Shown piece by piece: positions 51,729 through 64,000 of a DNA stretch of 64,000 bases. Position numbers and translations under genes: made by a program. This stretch comes from Camelus ferus (lineage: Eukaryota): NCBI RefSeq assembly GCF_009834535.1, contig NC_045712.1, positions 25,668,001 through 25,732,000 of the forward strand, written 5' to 3'. Position 1 is the first letter of the stretch. Each line of letters starts with the position of its first letter. Under the pieces are notes generated by a model. The model was not told where the DNA came from. It did no database searches and saw only the letters and a program-made list of their open reading frames with translations.

Positions 51729-54700
51729 CATTCTAAATTCATGGAGCTTTGGGCAAGCCCATTTTACATCCTGTGCTTTGGTTTTTTTCCTTCTAAATGA
51801 ATAGATGTAATTCCTAATTTTTTTTGTTTTTGTAGTGCCTTACGTCTGAGAAGTTCAAGGCACTTTGTAGAACTTCTGCCATACAGACTGTGGGTCTTGC
51901 AGCACATTTGTAAGGTATGTAAATGGAAGACTCTTCTTTCATTCCCCTTCCCCCATGGAAAAGAAATTATTACTTATTTTATATTATATATTAATGTAAG
52001 TTCTAGGGAAATGTGGGTACAACACTATTAATGATTCTCTTCCCTACCAATCTTGAGATGTTTATCTTACTCTGTAACTTTTCTCTCTGATCTTATTTTC
52101 CTGTCTCTGTAAGATATTTCTCTAACTTCCTTTTTCTCTTCTATTCTAAGCAATATTTCTTCCTTAGATGAAGATATATTTCCAAACCTCTTAATCTTTA
52201 AGGAGGTGGATTTACCATGTTATACATATACTTGTCTCACTTCTGGATCATTCCCATCTTGTTTCTTGTTCTTCATCTTTAAGTTTCATTTTTTCAATAG
52301 AGTAGTTTGGTCATCTTACAGTTTTCCCACAGCCTGTGCTGTGGGTATGTCTAATTATCAGTAGAAAATCAGCCAACCAGAGAATAAGGACCAGAGGACA
52401 GTCCTCCCTCTTACCAGAGGGGTCAGCAGTCATACTGGCTTGGATGGGAGCTATGTTAATAATAGTAGGTGTAACAGCCCATCCAGGGGCTATTTAGATA
52501 CTTAAACTGATTACAAATAAAGGAAATAATAACATCTTAATTTATTTGCTACCATGTAAGTATCCTGGTCTGTTACCATTTTGATTACCTTTTCTTGTTC
52601 TCTTTGGGTCTGAAGGAACTGTATATAAAGAAATGAGCTGTTAAGGGGATGAATATTCTCATTTGGAGATGAACTACCTGGCATGGAAGGCATATGATGG
52701 TAGTTGTTTCAGTTGGCTTTGAAATTCTCCTTGGCATGGTAAGAGGAATGGTCAAGCTAGCTTGTGGTTTTGTCATTATTCGTTCATTGAACAAGTAGTT
52801 ACTGAATAGCAGCTATGTGCCTGGTGCTGTTCTGGGACACATTTGAGGAAAACAAAGGTTCCTGCCCTCAGGTAGTTTTTACAGTGTCTTTATTCTTAAA
52901 AACACAAACATTTTTGAATCATTTCATCTGCTTTTTTCAGTGTCACTGATGAGAAAGGGGAAAGCACATCAGGTATTAATAATCACAAAAACATTAATAT
53001 CCCTGCTCATTTTTGTTCTAGTAGGGACTACTGGTGATAGACAAGGAAGGAATAGGCTTGCCTTTTTTAGGGAATAGCATAAAAAGGTTTGAATAGCTGG
53101 AGGCTGTAAAACAAGCAGGAGGAGTAGAAGAAATAAAGTCTTACAGGTAGGCAGGGCCCAGATCTTGTAGAGACTGAATTTAGAATTTATTCAGAGTACA
53201 TTGAGAAGCCATTGAAGGGTTTTTTTAATAAAGGAAGTGATGTGATATTTCTTACTTATATTTTTGGCTGCTCTTTGGAGAATATAGGGAGGCAAAAATG
53301 GGAGCAGGGAGATCTTTCAGAGGTTCTTTCAGTCCAGTGACAGATAATAGTGGCTTAGACAGAAATGGTAACAGTGGAAGTGGTAGAGTTCGTTGTAAGG
53401 GAGTGCTGATAGGCTTTGCAGATAGATTGGAAGATGTGGCTTCAAGAAGCTCTGATCCATGGCAAAAGATCAGCCCAGTGCAACTGCTGGACCCAGCACC
53501 ACTGGGCATGATACTCTGTTGCTGTTCCATGAGGCTTGAAATTTCTCCTTTCAGCATATTCAAGTGATGCATTAGGGTGGTTTGATTGGATGACCTCCCT
53601 TAATAGATTGCAGACTGTGTTTCAAAGTTGTTTTCTCAGTTTTTTTTTTTCCCACATTACTGAGTTAAAAACAAAAAAGTAAGGTTATGGTTTTGCTCTG
53701 TAGATTTGCTTAAATCAGATTTTTTACCAGAAATGCCTATGGCCCTGTAATTACAAAGGATTTCTGCTGTAGACATGTGTGTGTCTGTTTATTTTTAAGC
53801 AGATTATTTTATTTCTCTGAGCCTCAGAACCTAAATTTGTGAAATGAACATTCCATTTCATAGAAATTTTAGATTAAGTAACATGTGAATAGCATAGTGC
53901 TCAATACATATTAGTTTTCTCCCTTGGTGGAAATAATTATTCTAACTTTGTAGATTCTTCAAGTGTATTTTTCTTTCAGGATATCAGTGCATTGTATTTA
54001 TATAGTGACTGCTTTCAGAATGATGAGAATTTTGATAGGAAACTTAAAATTATATAAATTTCTTTACTGCCACCTGACCGAGTAGGTCAGGTTTGGTGTT
54101 TTCATTTTGTTTGTTTCAATATGTTTGGTGTTTTCATTTTCTTGTCTTGTTTAACAGTAGGAGTTAGTATTTTGGGACTTATGTCCTAGGGTTTTATCAT
54201 TTTTATAAATGTTAACTGACATCACGAATAATAGTTTGGTAACATGAGACCATGTAAATCACAAATTGTCTAGATTCATTCTTGGGTCGTAGTAGTGATT
54301 CTGCCTTTATCTGACTCTGAGATCATTGAGTTCTACACTTAAGCATCAGTAAATAGTAGCAGCAGAGATGGTACTCTGACAAGTGGACAGAAGAGTAGAT
54401 ACATGAGGTGGAGATTTTTTTTCTACTGTTACTTGCTGCCACTACTTTTTATAACTGACGGGGTTTTGAACAATATCTAATCCATGCCAACTCTCATGTC
54501 CACTCATGTGTCTGACTGTGGCTGAAGAATCTTTAATCATGAAGTTAGAAGCATTTGTTTATCATGTATTGGCTATATGCAAACTTCATTTATCTTTCAG
54601 GCTTATTCTTTAGAAATTGTATTTTCCATTAATTAAGTTTTCCAATTTTATTAACCTTGCATCCTTACCATAGTCCCTAGGACAAAAATCCCTAAAACTT

Positions 54701-56660
54701 CTGGGAAAATGTTTTGAACCACTTTGTCAATTTAACAGTGTGCCTCAAAAAGCAGTCCCCCACAAAAAAAAAAAAGATTTTTTTTGCAAGAAAGAGGGAC
54801 AAAAGAAGATAGAGTTTTATTTTACGAAGTTCCCGACTGCTCTAAATAGAGAGATTCAATTCCATCACTTTAAACAATTGTTTGTTTTTACTTTGTTGTT
54901 GAAACTTCTACATTTGTTATATGTACACTATTATTTTTTACCTTACTCTCATGGTGGTTGTGTCTAAGTCAGTGTGGTGCCCATGTGTTGTCCTCGGGTG
55001 CCTCTTCCATGGACCCAGAGAGCAGATGTTAAGTGCCGTTGTGCTGGTGTACTTTTACATAACTTTACTATTTGTTATTTAAATTTTGAGGTTTAAAGAA
55101 GTATGTTTAAGATGGATATTTAATGTAACAATACAGTTTTTGGCCATGAGATAATTTTTATTATGTGATTTGACAGTTTTATCGGAAAAACTGCATTTAG
55201 AGTTTTTTGTGGGAAAGTTCTTTTCTGGATAGTCTTTTGTTTAACTTTTAAAGTTATTCAGAAGGAAGCTCTGTTTATCTTTTAAAGGCCTTAAGTTCAG
55301 AAAAGAAAGGCAGTAGAATATCTGAGGTAAGAACATGGGCTCTCTGGAGAGACTGACAGTTAAGAACCAGCTCTTACACTTGACAGTTTATGACTCTGGA
55401 TAGTAAGATGACCCCTTTACAGCTCAGTTCCTCTTCTGTAGAATGAGGATAACAGAGTGCTGTGAAGGTTCAGTGAGAATATTTAATATCCCTTAACTGT
55501 ACACTTAAAAATGGTTAAGTTGCTAAATTTTGTTATGCATATTTTACCACAATTATTTTTTAAAAAGGGAAAATGCACTAGGCAAAAATAAAATAATACA
55601 GTAAGGTTTATTATAAAAACTATGTTCTTCCTATCCCAGAGTATAGTCCTTCTCTCATAGTATTGCTTCCTTTGGATCTCTGAAGATATTTTGGAGCAAC
55701 ACACAGCAGCCTCCTTAAACCTGCTCTCTGCACTCCACTCTGAGGTGAGCTCAGTAGACGGCTCTCAGCCCTGTCCTGCAGCTTTGTCATCGAGGGAGTG
55801 ACCTGGGACCTTCTCTTCCTGCTGGCAAGCCTGCCTGCCTTGGAGCCCAGTGACCTGGTTGTTAAAGACAGTTGATTCTGCTATGACTGGCAAGGCCTGC
55901 AGCCAGGCTGGATGATCTGTGCAGTACTCCTATGCATCACTGGAATCTTGTTCGCCTGAGTGGCAGATGCAAATGTTAGCACAATCAGAAACACAGCTCC
56001 TTACCTGAAGAAGTAGTATCTCTCATCACTCTAGGCTCTGCCAGTACCTGCTGAACGCAGAACCAGCTTCATGCTGCCCCTCCCCCATGAGGGCCTTATA
56101 TTTTATGATGGCCCTTCTCTCTAAGGGTGGGGCCTTAGGCTCCCTTCTGAATGGGAGGCTGTTCTAAGCTTATTTCTAAATTAAACTCATCCCTTACCCT
56201 GGGGGAAAAAAAAGAAATTTTAGAGCAAGGAGGTTGATAAAACATGTATATTAAATGCAGTGTAAGAGGGGTAGAGCATGAAAACAAGCCTTTCTCACAA
56301 CTTAGCCTCCCAAGGTTTTTGCTTCAGAGAGAACTGCATACCAGTTTCCTGTGTATAAACCAAGTAACTGTTTCATACGTATCCTTCTAGAGATATTGTG
56401 TCCTTTTTGATATATAGACTGTTGCACATCCCACTGTTATGCATCTTATTCTTTCCCCTTAACAATAGGTCTTGGTGGTTATCTGGCAAGANNNNNNNNN
56501 NNNNNNNNNNNNNNNNNNNNNNNNNNNNNNNNNNNNNNNNNNNNNNNNNNNNNNNNNNNNNNNNNNNNNNNNNNNNNNNNNNNNNNNNNNNNNNNNNNNN
56601 NNNNNNNNNNNNNNNNNNNNNNNNNNNNNNNNNNNNNNNNNNNNNNNNNNNNNNNNNNNN

Positions 56661-57240
56661 TACCCAAAAGATGGAAACATTCCAAATGTCCATCAACAGA
56701 TAAATGGATAAACAAACATACAATGGAATATTATTCAGCTGTTTTTGTAAACGAAGCACTGATACATGCTGCAATACGGATGAACCTTGAAAGCGTTAAT
56801 GCTAAGTAAAAAGCCAGGCACAAAGGCCACATATTGTATAATTTCACTTAAATGAACTATGTAGAATAAGTAAATCCATAGACATACAGCAAATTGGTGG
56901 TTGTCAGGTGTTGAGGGTGAGGGGAAACTGGGGATTGAATGCTTAAAGAGTATGAAGTTTTCTTTTGTGGTGGTGAAAATGAATATGTTTTGGAACTTGA
57001 CAGAGTTGATGGTTGCACAACATTGTGAATGTACTAAATATCACTGAATTAAACACTTTAAAAGATTAACTTTAGGGGCAAGGGTATATAGCTCAGTGGT
57101 AGAGAGTGCACTGGGTTCAGTCCCCCAGTGTACCTTTGTAAATAAACAAACAAATACATACACACACACACACCTAATTACTCCCTTCCAAAAAAAAATT
57201 AAAAAGGTTAACTTTGTGAATTTCACCTTAATTTAAAAAA
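56661..57240 (+). mobile_element. L1MB-type 3' end, interrupted by a SINE
   Basis: CCAAATGTCCATCAACAGATAAATGGATAAACAAA...GATGGTTGCACAACATTGTGAATGTACTAAAT... Confidence 0.75.
57074..57202 (+). mobile_element. tRNA-derived SINE with internal deletion, inserted in an old L1 3' end
   Basis: TATAGCTCAGTGGTAGAG joined directly to CTGGGTTCAGTCCCC; TSD AAAGATTAACTTT (57061-57073) / AAAGGTTAACTTT (57203-57215). Confidence 0.85.
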
Positions 57241-59521
57241 ATTTTTAATAGATGTTCAGGCCCCACCCTGAAGAGTTTTCAAATCTGTTGTGGAACCTGG
57301 AGAGGAATAGCAGTTTTTGTGCTAAAATGCAGGGTGCCTAGCATTGCTGAGACATCTCAACAGGGCATAAGACAGTTCATTGGGGCTCTTGGTCCGTTCT
57401 TCCCTGTGTGTCAGTTCTCCAGACAAGCATTGTCTTAGGGACAGTGTAAGTGGAGAATTGGGCTACACAAAGTCTGTGCATCTATTTGAGGTTCACCTTG
57501 AAATATTTACATTTTGAGGTCAGTGACATGATGCGATCTTTTAGGAAGCCAGAAGGAATGTTTCTTTGCAGCCCAGCCCCACAAAGAAGAATTTAAGTCT
57601 GGGATGATTTCCATTTGGCAGTATATTGGAAGCTTTGTCTTTGTCCTCTGCTTGCCTTTATGTACCTTAGGCCTGCTGCTCTCTATCTCCAAGGCACTTG
57701 AACTGACATTGACCTGTGGCAACTGCTTGATCAAGATGGCCAAATAATAATAGTACCAGGTTCAAGTTCATTATGAACAAATGGGCAGATGCTAGTTTGG
57801 GTCTTCTTGCCAGAGGTTTCCTATGTAGCCTGTAACAAATTACATGGCTTTATGTTTTTAATTTAATTTCCCAAGTGTTTAATGGTGTTTCCAGTGTGCC
57901 AGGCACAGTCCTAGGTATGGGTGAACCTGGAGTTGATAGGACAGGTTTCTGCCCATTACACTGACACAGTTTCTTCCTCTGACTTAAAGTACACATGTAA
58001 ATGAATAGAATACATGTTACTTTCTTAACAAAGGACCAAACCAGTGGAATGGAGGAGGGTATTGGAGAAGACAGTGCTTATAAAAAGTAGCCAAGTTTAT
58101 TGTTTGAACAAAAATCTGATTCCAGTTTGGTTGTTAATTTTAGGAATCTGGAGAAAAGACTGTAGTTTGACTTCTATTTTCAATTTTATAGTCCTCATAG
58201 CTTTGCTTCAAGAGGGTGCTTTGTAAGGCATCCTGTAAGCTTTTATTCATGTGTGTTTAGGTACAGGAAGTGTGGCTCTTGTACAAAAACAGATCTTAAA
58301 CCACTGAAATAGTATCATTATGTTCTGGATAATTGAAGTAGGTTTCTTTAAGCTTTAAAACTTGTTTTATTCCTGTAGTGAATGTCTTCTTTTTCTCTCT
58401 TATAGTATCTGGGTCTTTAGCTTCCCTGTGTAATGATTGAGGTATTTCCTCCTGAAGCGCTTTTGAGGTCTGTACTTGGAATATATTGCCCTGCCTTAGG
58501 ATTCTGGCCTGGCCTGAATGACCACCCTCCTGTTTTACATTTCTGAGCCTGATTTACAGGGTTTTCTCCTACTTACTTGTCACAAGCTACACCTCTTTCT
58601 CACCCAAGCATGCATTTTTCTAAACTGCTATGAATTGAACTACTGGCCAATTAGACTTAACAAAGTTGTCTAAAATAAGAGCAAATGAGTTCATAAGGGG
58701 GATCTGAGTTTTAACACTCCTTGTTACAGATAATTGAAGTTTCTGACTATATGAGGAGCTTCTATAATTCTCTAAGGATGAATTCTTAAACTACTGAAAC
58801 AGTGTCCTAGGAGGTAGTTCACCACTGGTGTACATAGCTGGTCTTGTTGTAACTATTTTCTTTTTAAAATTTGCATGGAGCAAATAGGTTATATAAAGTT
58901 TCTTTGCTCCGGGAAACTTATTATTTTCAAATTTGTTATTCAAACACTTAACTGTTAAGTGCCTGTGCAACAATGGTGAATAAGAGAGATGATTCTTACA
59001 CTAATACTCATTGGATTTTGGCAGGAAGGAACTTTGGAGGGGTATGATGAGTGAGGTAGAGAGAGATGTTACATGCTGGAGAAGTACCTAAAGGGGACTG
59101 ATGTAAGTTGGGGGCTCAGGGATGGCCTTAAGAGAGAATGACTTAGTCTTAAGTATGAGATTATGTAAAGTGGAGGAAGGGTAGGTGGCATATATTCAGG
59201 GTAGAAGAAAGAGGAAGGAAGAAAGCATGGCTTAATATCCTGAGGTATAGGATATTTTATTGTTTTGGCCAAGGGTGGTTGTATGTGTTAGGCTTTATGA
59301 TTTCATAAATTTATATGAAATTAAATTTGGAATTTATAATTATTTCCTTATCTTAAGTATAAAATTTTGTACACACATTTCATCCAGAATTTTTTTGCAC
59401 CACTTGCATTGCCACTATTCCCTTCTACAGAAACTAACAATGGCAAAACCTAGGGTTGGGAGAAAGTTTTTATGTACTCTAGGATTATCAGTCTTCATAA
59501 TGAAATTTACAAGATTTAAAA

Positions 59522-59653
59522 AAAGGTTTTTATTTATTTTTTGCAGGGCGAGGTAATTAGGTTTACTTACTTATTTTTGGAGGAGGTACAGGATATTGAA
59601 CCCAGGACCTTGTGCACACTAAGCATGCGTGCGCTCTACCACTTGAACTAGTC
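59522..59653 (-). mobile_element. tRNA-derived SINE
   Basis: Reverse-complement A and B boxes (TTGAACCCAGGACC ... CTCTACCACTTGAACTA) and GAGGTAATTAGG tail. Confidence 0.85.
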
Positions 59654-62485
59654 TTAAAATTTCATTTTAAGTTTTCAAGTTTAGTTTACAAAAGACTAGA
59701 CAATTTTTGCTTTTATAATAGTCTTATGTACAATATTGATTTGTAGCAATATGTTTGGAGAGAAAAACAGTATAACAATATAAAAGTTTAGCTGGGCATA
59801 TGGATGTCAACAAGGTAAGTCTTGATGAATTAAGCTTCTAATCTGTTGTGTCTACTGTGTTTAATGAATGCACTAATAGGTAAAAATTAAGTAATGTCCA
59901 AAGCTATGCTGTATTAAATGCTTTTATTGCTTGGGTGGTTGAGAAATGGTAGAAAGCTTGCCATAACCACGATTTCTTTTGTGTAATTAGTCTCTTTGAA
60001 GAATTATGAAGTAAAATGATAATTATCTCAACTGTGCTGAATTAGTAATTTTTAAAGCTATGATTATTTTATCTGCATGGAAATTTATTCATTATCTTTC
60101 CAAAATATTGTAAAGGTCTTGATCCAGCAGAAGCAGCGTAGTTATTCAGTTGAATTATTTCTACTTCCGTTTCTTGGCTGAAGAATTGTTTTGTGCCTGC
60201 TTATAATGAATGTTTGGCTAATAAGTTTATGTATATATAATGCATTGTAACCTGATAGCACCATCTCAGATGTCTTTGGTGGCTCCTTCTCTGCCAAAAA
60301 TGAGCTTGAAATTGTGCAGAGAGGCAGATTTCCTGTGAATCTAAGGAAATAAGTATCGTAAAATGTATAGTCCCTAAACAAGTTATCAAATTATTTAGCT
60401 AATTTAGTTTGTAGAATTCAAATTACCGTCTGCCTTGCAGTTTAGCTTGGAGGCATAACACACCAAACCCCCAACTCACCTAATTTAAAGCTTATTTTAA
60501 TTTTCCAAGAGAAATATCAGGAGAGGCTTAATCCACTTCTCTGAGATAACAGCATGATAATCAGTCAAGGAAGAATCAGACTTGAGGGCATTAGAAAAGG
60601 TCCTCAAAAAGTATTGAGAGAAATATGATTGTGGGTTTAAAACAAATTGGCATTGGGTTAAGGATTTCATAATTGCCATTCAGAAAGTTCTAAAAAGTGG
60701 ATATATTTGATGGCAAAACCTGAACTAAACTGATGAAAGGTTGTGTAGTATTTTCCTATTTAATGTGAATATCTGTTTATTTTACTGAAGAACTATCAAC
60801 TCACTGGGTTTGTTACAAAATGTTTGGCATTTGCACCATATTGCCTTTCTAAATCTGAAGAATTCTGAATTTAGAAATGTCTGACCCCAACCAAGGCTTT
60901 TGGATGAAGAATTGTGGGCATATAGTTCTGGACAGTGAGAGATGAGCTGAGTCTTTTTAATGGGAAAGAGGAGGGTGGGATCAGGTATGGATGGGATGTG
61001 CACTTTGGGAAAATAAGTATTTGCTGAGCTGGTAAAAGTTTAATTTTAGGAAAAACATCTTTTTCAGATCAGGCCATATTATAAACTAGCAGTTGGAATT
61101 TGAATGAGTTGCCGTTTTTATAAAATAAGACCTAAATAATAGTGACACGGTTATTGAACATGAACCTATTTTCAGTATAGGTAAGCTCTTTTTGTGTAAT
61201 ATCTAATTTAATCTTCATACTGGCTCTATTTAGAAGGTTCTGTTCTCCACTTGACACATAAGGAAACTGTAAAGGGGCACAAAGCCTGTAAGATAGAGCC
61301 TGGATTAACTTTCAGGTAATGGAGCACCTTTGCTACTACTATAAACTGCCTTCTTTTTAGTCCTTTAATACCTATAACTGAAATTAATTTCTAAAAGAAC
61401 CTTTTACTTTGGTTGGTCTATATGAGACCTATCAATGTAATGAGTATTTCTGATTTTATTGAGTAGTCTATATAGTAGATGCTGTATGCTCATGAGACAC
61501 ACCCGGGATGGAACTCAGATGTTGAAACCCCAAAATAATCTTTGGTCAAGTAAGATTGGTGGTAGTGTTTTGGGTGGGAAAGGGATGTGGGTAAGAATCA
61601 CCTGGAACTCAGAGCTTTTGTCAGCTGGCCCATTCGAGAATCTGTGGATCGGATAGGGATTAGAGTGCATGTGATTACACTTGCCTCCAATTACAGTTAA
61701 TGATCATTATTCACAAGGTAAGACAACCATAGTGGTAATGCACGGTTTCCAGGCCTTTTCTCTTTTGCTTGGGAACACTTAATAGAATACAAGTAAGGAA
61801 TGCTTATACACCTTAATAACTCTTGGCCTCAAAACATAGTTATTTACTAGATTGGGGAAAGTTTCATTTTAGAAAAAAACACCACTATAGTCAGGTAACG
61901 TTGAGTCTGCTCTAATTTATGGATAAAATAAATTGCTTGCAATCTTCAGTACTTGAGCTATTATTAACAAATTACTTTTGATCCCCTATCATGAATCTCT
62001 TCATCATGGTTGAAAACTGCTGCCCTCTAAAATATTCCAAGAGTTCTGGTCTCTTCGTTATGGCTTTTTGCCATGTCTAAGGTGAAAAGATGGGTGTTTG
62101 GTCTTTTTTTCTCCTCTTTATGGTGGTATTTCATACATAAATGTAGGGACTAGGGAGTTCTATATACAGTGGTGTGTTACTTGTAAGTCTTGTTTGAAAA
62201 GAAGTGACTTCCTACTTGAGGAATGAAACTTAAGGCCAATTTGGGAAAAAGGGGAAGTAACTAAGAGGAAGTAATTTTGAAGGCTAATACCTAATTTTAG
62301 TAACTTAAGCTTTTGAAAGTTTCCTTTTAAAAAGTTAGAAAATTAACTCTTTCTTATACCAACAGGTTTTTAATCTATTAATTTAGGAAAGCTGGGTTTC
62401 TTACCATTAATTCAGTTGGTGAACACATACTTCTGTTCAGTGCTATTTTTGACCCTGTTAGGCATTGTAGGGAGTATGGAAATGA

Positions 62486-62975
62486 AGATAGTTATCCCTT
62501 GGAGGATTGGCTCCAGGACCCTGGCAGATGCTTCCATCCCTTATATAAAATGGTGCAATATCTGCATGTATCTTATGCATATCCTTCCATATACTTTGAA
62601 TCATTTCCAGATTATGTATAATACCTAATACAATGTAAATACTATGTAAATACTGTAGTCCGTTAGTATCCACAGGGAAGTGGTTTCGCGACTTGCCCTG
62701 GATACCGAAATCTGGATGCTCAAGTCCCATAGTCAGTTGGATTCAGCCAACCATGAATCATGTATTCCTATTTATTGAAGAACGGTATATAAGTGGGGTT
62801 GTGGAGTTCAAACTTGTGTTGTTCAAGGGTCAACTGTAGTAAATTCAATGTAAATGATATGTAAACCTTTGTAGGCATGTGACAGATTCAAGTTTTGCCT
62901 TTTGAAACTGTCTGGAATTTTTTTCTCCTGAATATTTTTGATCCATAGATATGCAACCTGTAAGATGCAGGGTGC
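62486..62975. mobile_element. TcMar-Tigger derived MITEs (MER2-like, apparently two nested or juxtaposed copies)
   Basis: GGAGGATTGGCTCCAGGACCC...ATACCTAATACAATGTAAAT; second unit at about 62655-62838 ending TTCAAGGGTCAACTGTA. Confidence 0.65.
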
Positions 62976-63039
62976 TTACTGTGTAGTCTTTTTTTACTGG
63001 TGCTTTTGGATAATAGTACCCAACAGTAAAACATTAGCT

Positions 63040-63240
63040 GTTATGTGCTAGGTATTGTTTATTCTAAATGCTTTCCTGTATTAATTCATTTCATAATTAC
63101 CACTGTCCTGTGAGGGTAGGAAACATTTTCCCCATTGGTACAGATTAGGAAGTAAAGGCACAGAGAGAGGAGTTAAAGTAACTTACCTAAAGAGCCACAG
63201 CTGCTTTGAACCCTAGCATCTGATTCCAGAGCCTTCTGTC
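63040..63240 (-). mobile_element. MIR fragment
   Basis: CCCATTGGTACAGATTAGGAAGTAAAGGCACAGAGAG...GTAACTTACCTAAAGAGCCACAG. Confidence 0.6.
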
Positions 63241-63789
63241 TACCAGTGCAAACAGTATTAAGTGATGCAAGCTTACACAATCATTTGGGAAACAGCACTG
63301 AGTAGACCAAGTGCTATAAGAGTTCAGGGATGAAAAAGAAATTATACTGGAGTAGCCAGCAAGTCATCTCTGGGAAGGGTGTAACTCTTGGCCTAAAAGG
63401 AGATAAAGGGGAGTGTTATGAGTGGTGCATATCTGCCCTTGGCAATGTTAAACTGCTTGAACACAGATAATCTTGTCACCTTATATAAGAGAGAGAGGGC
63501 AATGTGCTCCTGTCAGATTCAGTATATAGGAGGTTATAGAAAAGCAAGATGGATATCTGCATATGTACTACTTGCTTCCCCCTCCTTTTTTTGCTAATAT
63601 ACTGTATAGACCTTTCCAAGTCAGTAAATATTAAAATTTATTTTATTAATCATTTTTTAAAACATAATACATATATTTTGTAGATTCAGAAGATGTAAAA
63701 GGACATGTTTCTAGAGGCAACCATTGCCAAGAGTCTCTTGTGTATTTTTTGAGAGTGTGTATTTACCAGTGTTCATTGTTCTTGAATGA

Positions 63790-64000
63790 ATGTTTTTTTC
63801 ATATTATTTTTCATTAAAGGTTTTTACAAGATACTGAATATAGTTTCCTGTGCTATACAGAAGAAATTTGTTTTTTTATAATCTATTTTTATATATAGTG
63901 GTTAACACTTGCAAATCTCAAACTGCCAAGTTTATCCCTTCCCACCCCCTTTCCCCCAGTAACCATCAGATTGTTTACTATGTATGCAAGTCTTTCTGTT
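63790..64000 (-). mobile_element. L1 3' UTR fragment running off the window
   Basis: Near-identical to 28950-29140 (GATACTGAATATAGTTTCCTGTGCTATACAG...GCAAATCTCAAACT...). Confidence 0.8.

Noticed and set aside
48110-64000. RHOA coding exons
   Set aside because: No MAAIRKKLVIVG-type frame in the window; this is intron 1 only.

Overview
Mammalian genomic DNA, most likely a camelid, judged from the tRNA-derived SINE family. The window carries the conserved gene block DAG1 (5' end, - strand) / NICN1 (+) / AMT (+) / TCTA (-) / RHOA (5' end, +). I reconstructed three complete spliced CDSs by hand, all with GT-AG boundaries and intact frames: NICN1 (6 exons, 213 aa), AMT (9 exons, 403 aa) and TCTA (3 exons, 106 aa). 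DAG1 and RHOA contribute only CpG-island promoters, a non-coding first exon and part of intron 1. The rest is SINE, L1, L2, MIR, LTR and DNA-transposon remnants plus one 5'-truncated UBE2E3 processed pseudogene. I found no evidence of a new multi-gene system. The most interesting observations are: (1) a nested retroelement stack at 29.2-33.8 kb in which five target-site duplications can still be read; (2) the UBE2E3 retrocopy lies head-to-head with the NICN1 promoter, and its frameshift creates a 116-aa ATG-initiated ORF that keeps the catalytic Cys; (3) a (TG)11 tract replaces the polypyrimidine tract of NICN1 exon 3; (4) several compact regulatory arrangements, including an inverted TATA pair, tandem E-boxes, CTCF motifs and opposing poly(A) signals. 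Gene and repeat-family names rest on recalled reference sequences and synteny, not on database searches. Repeat boundaries are approximate unless a TSD is given.
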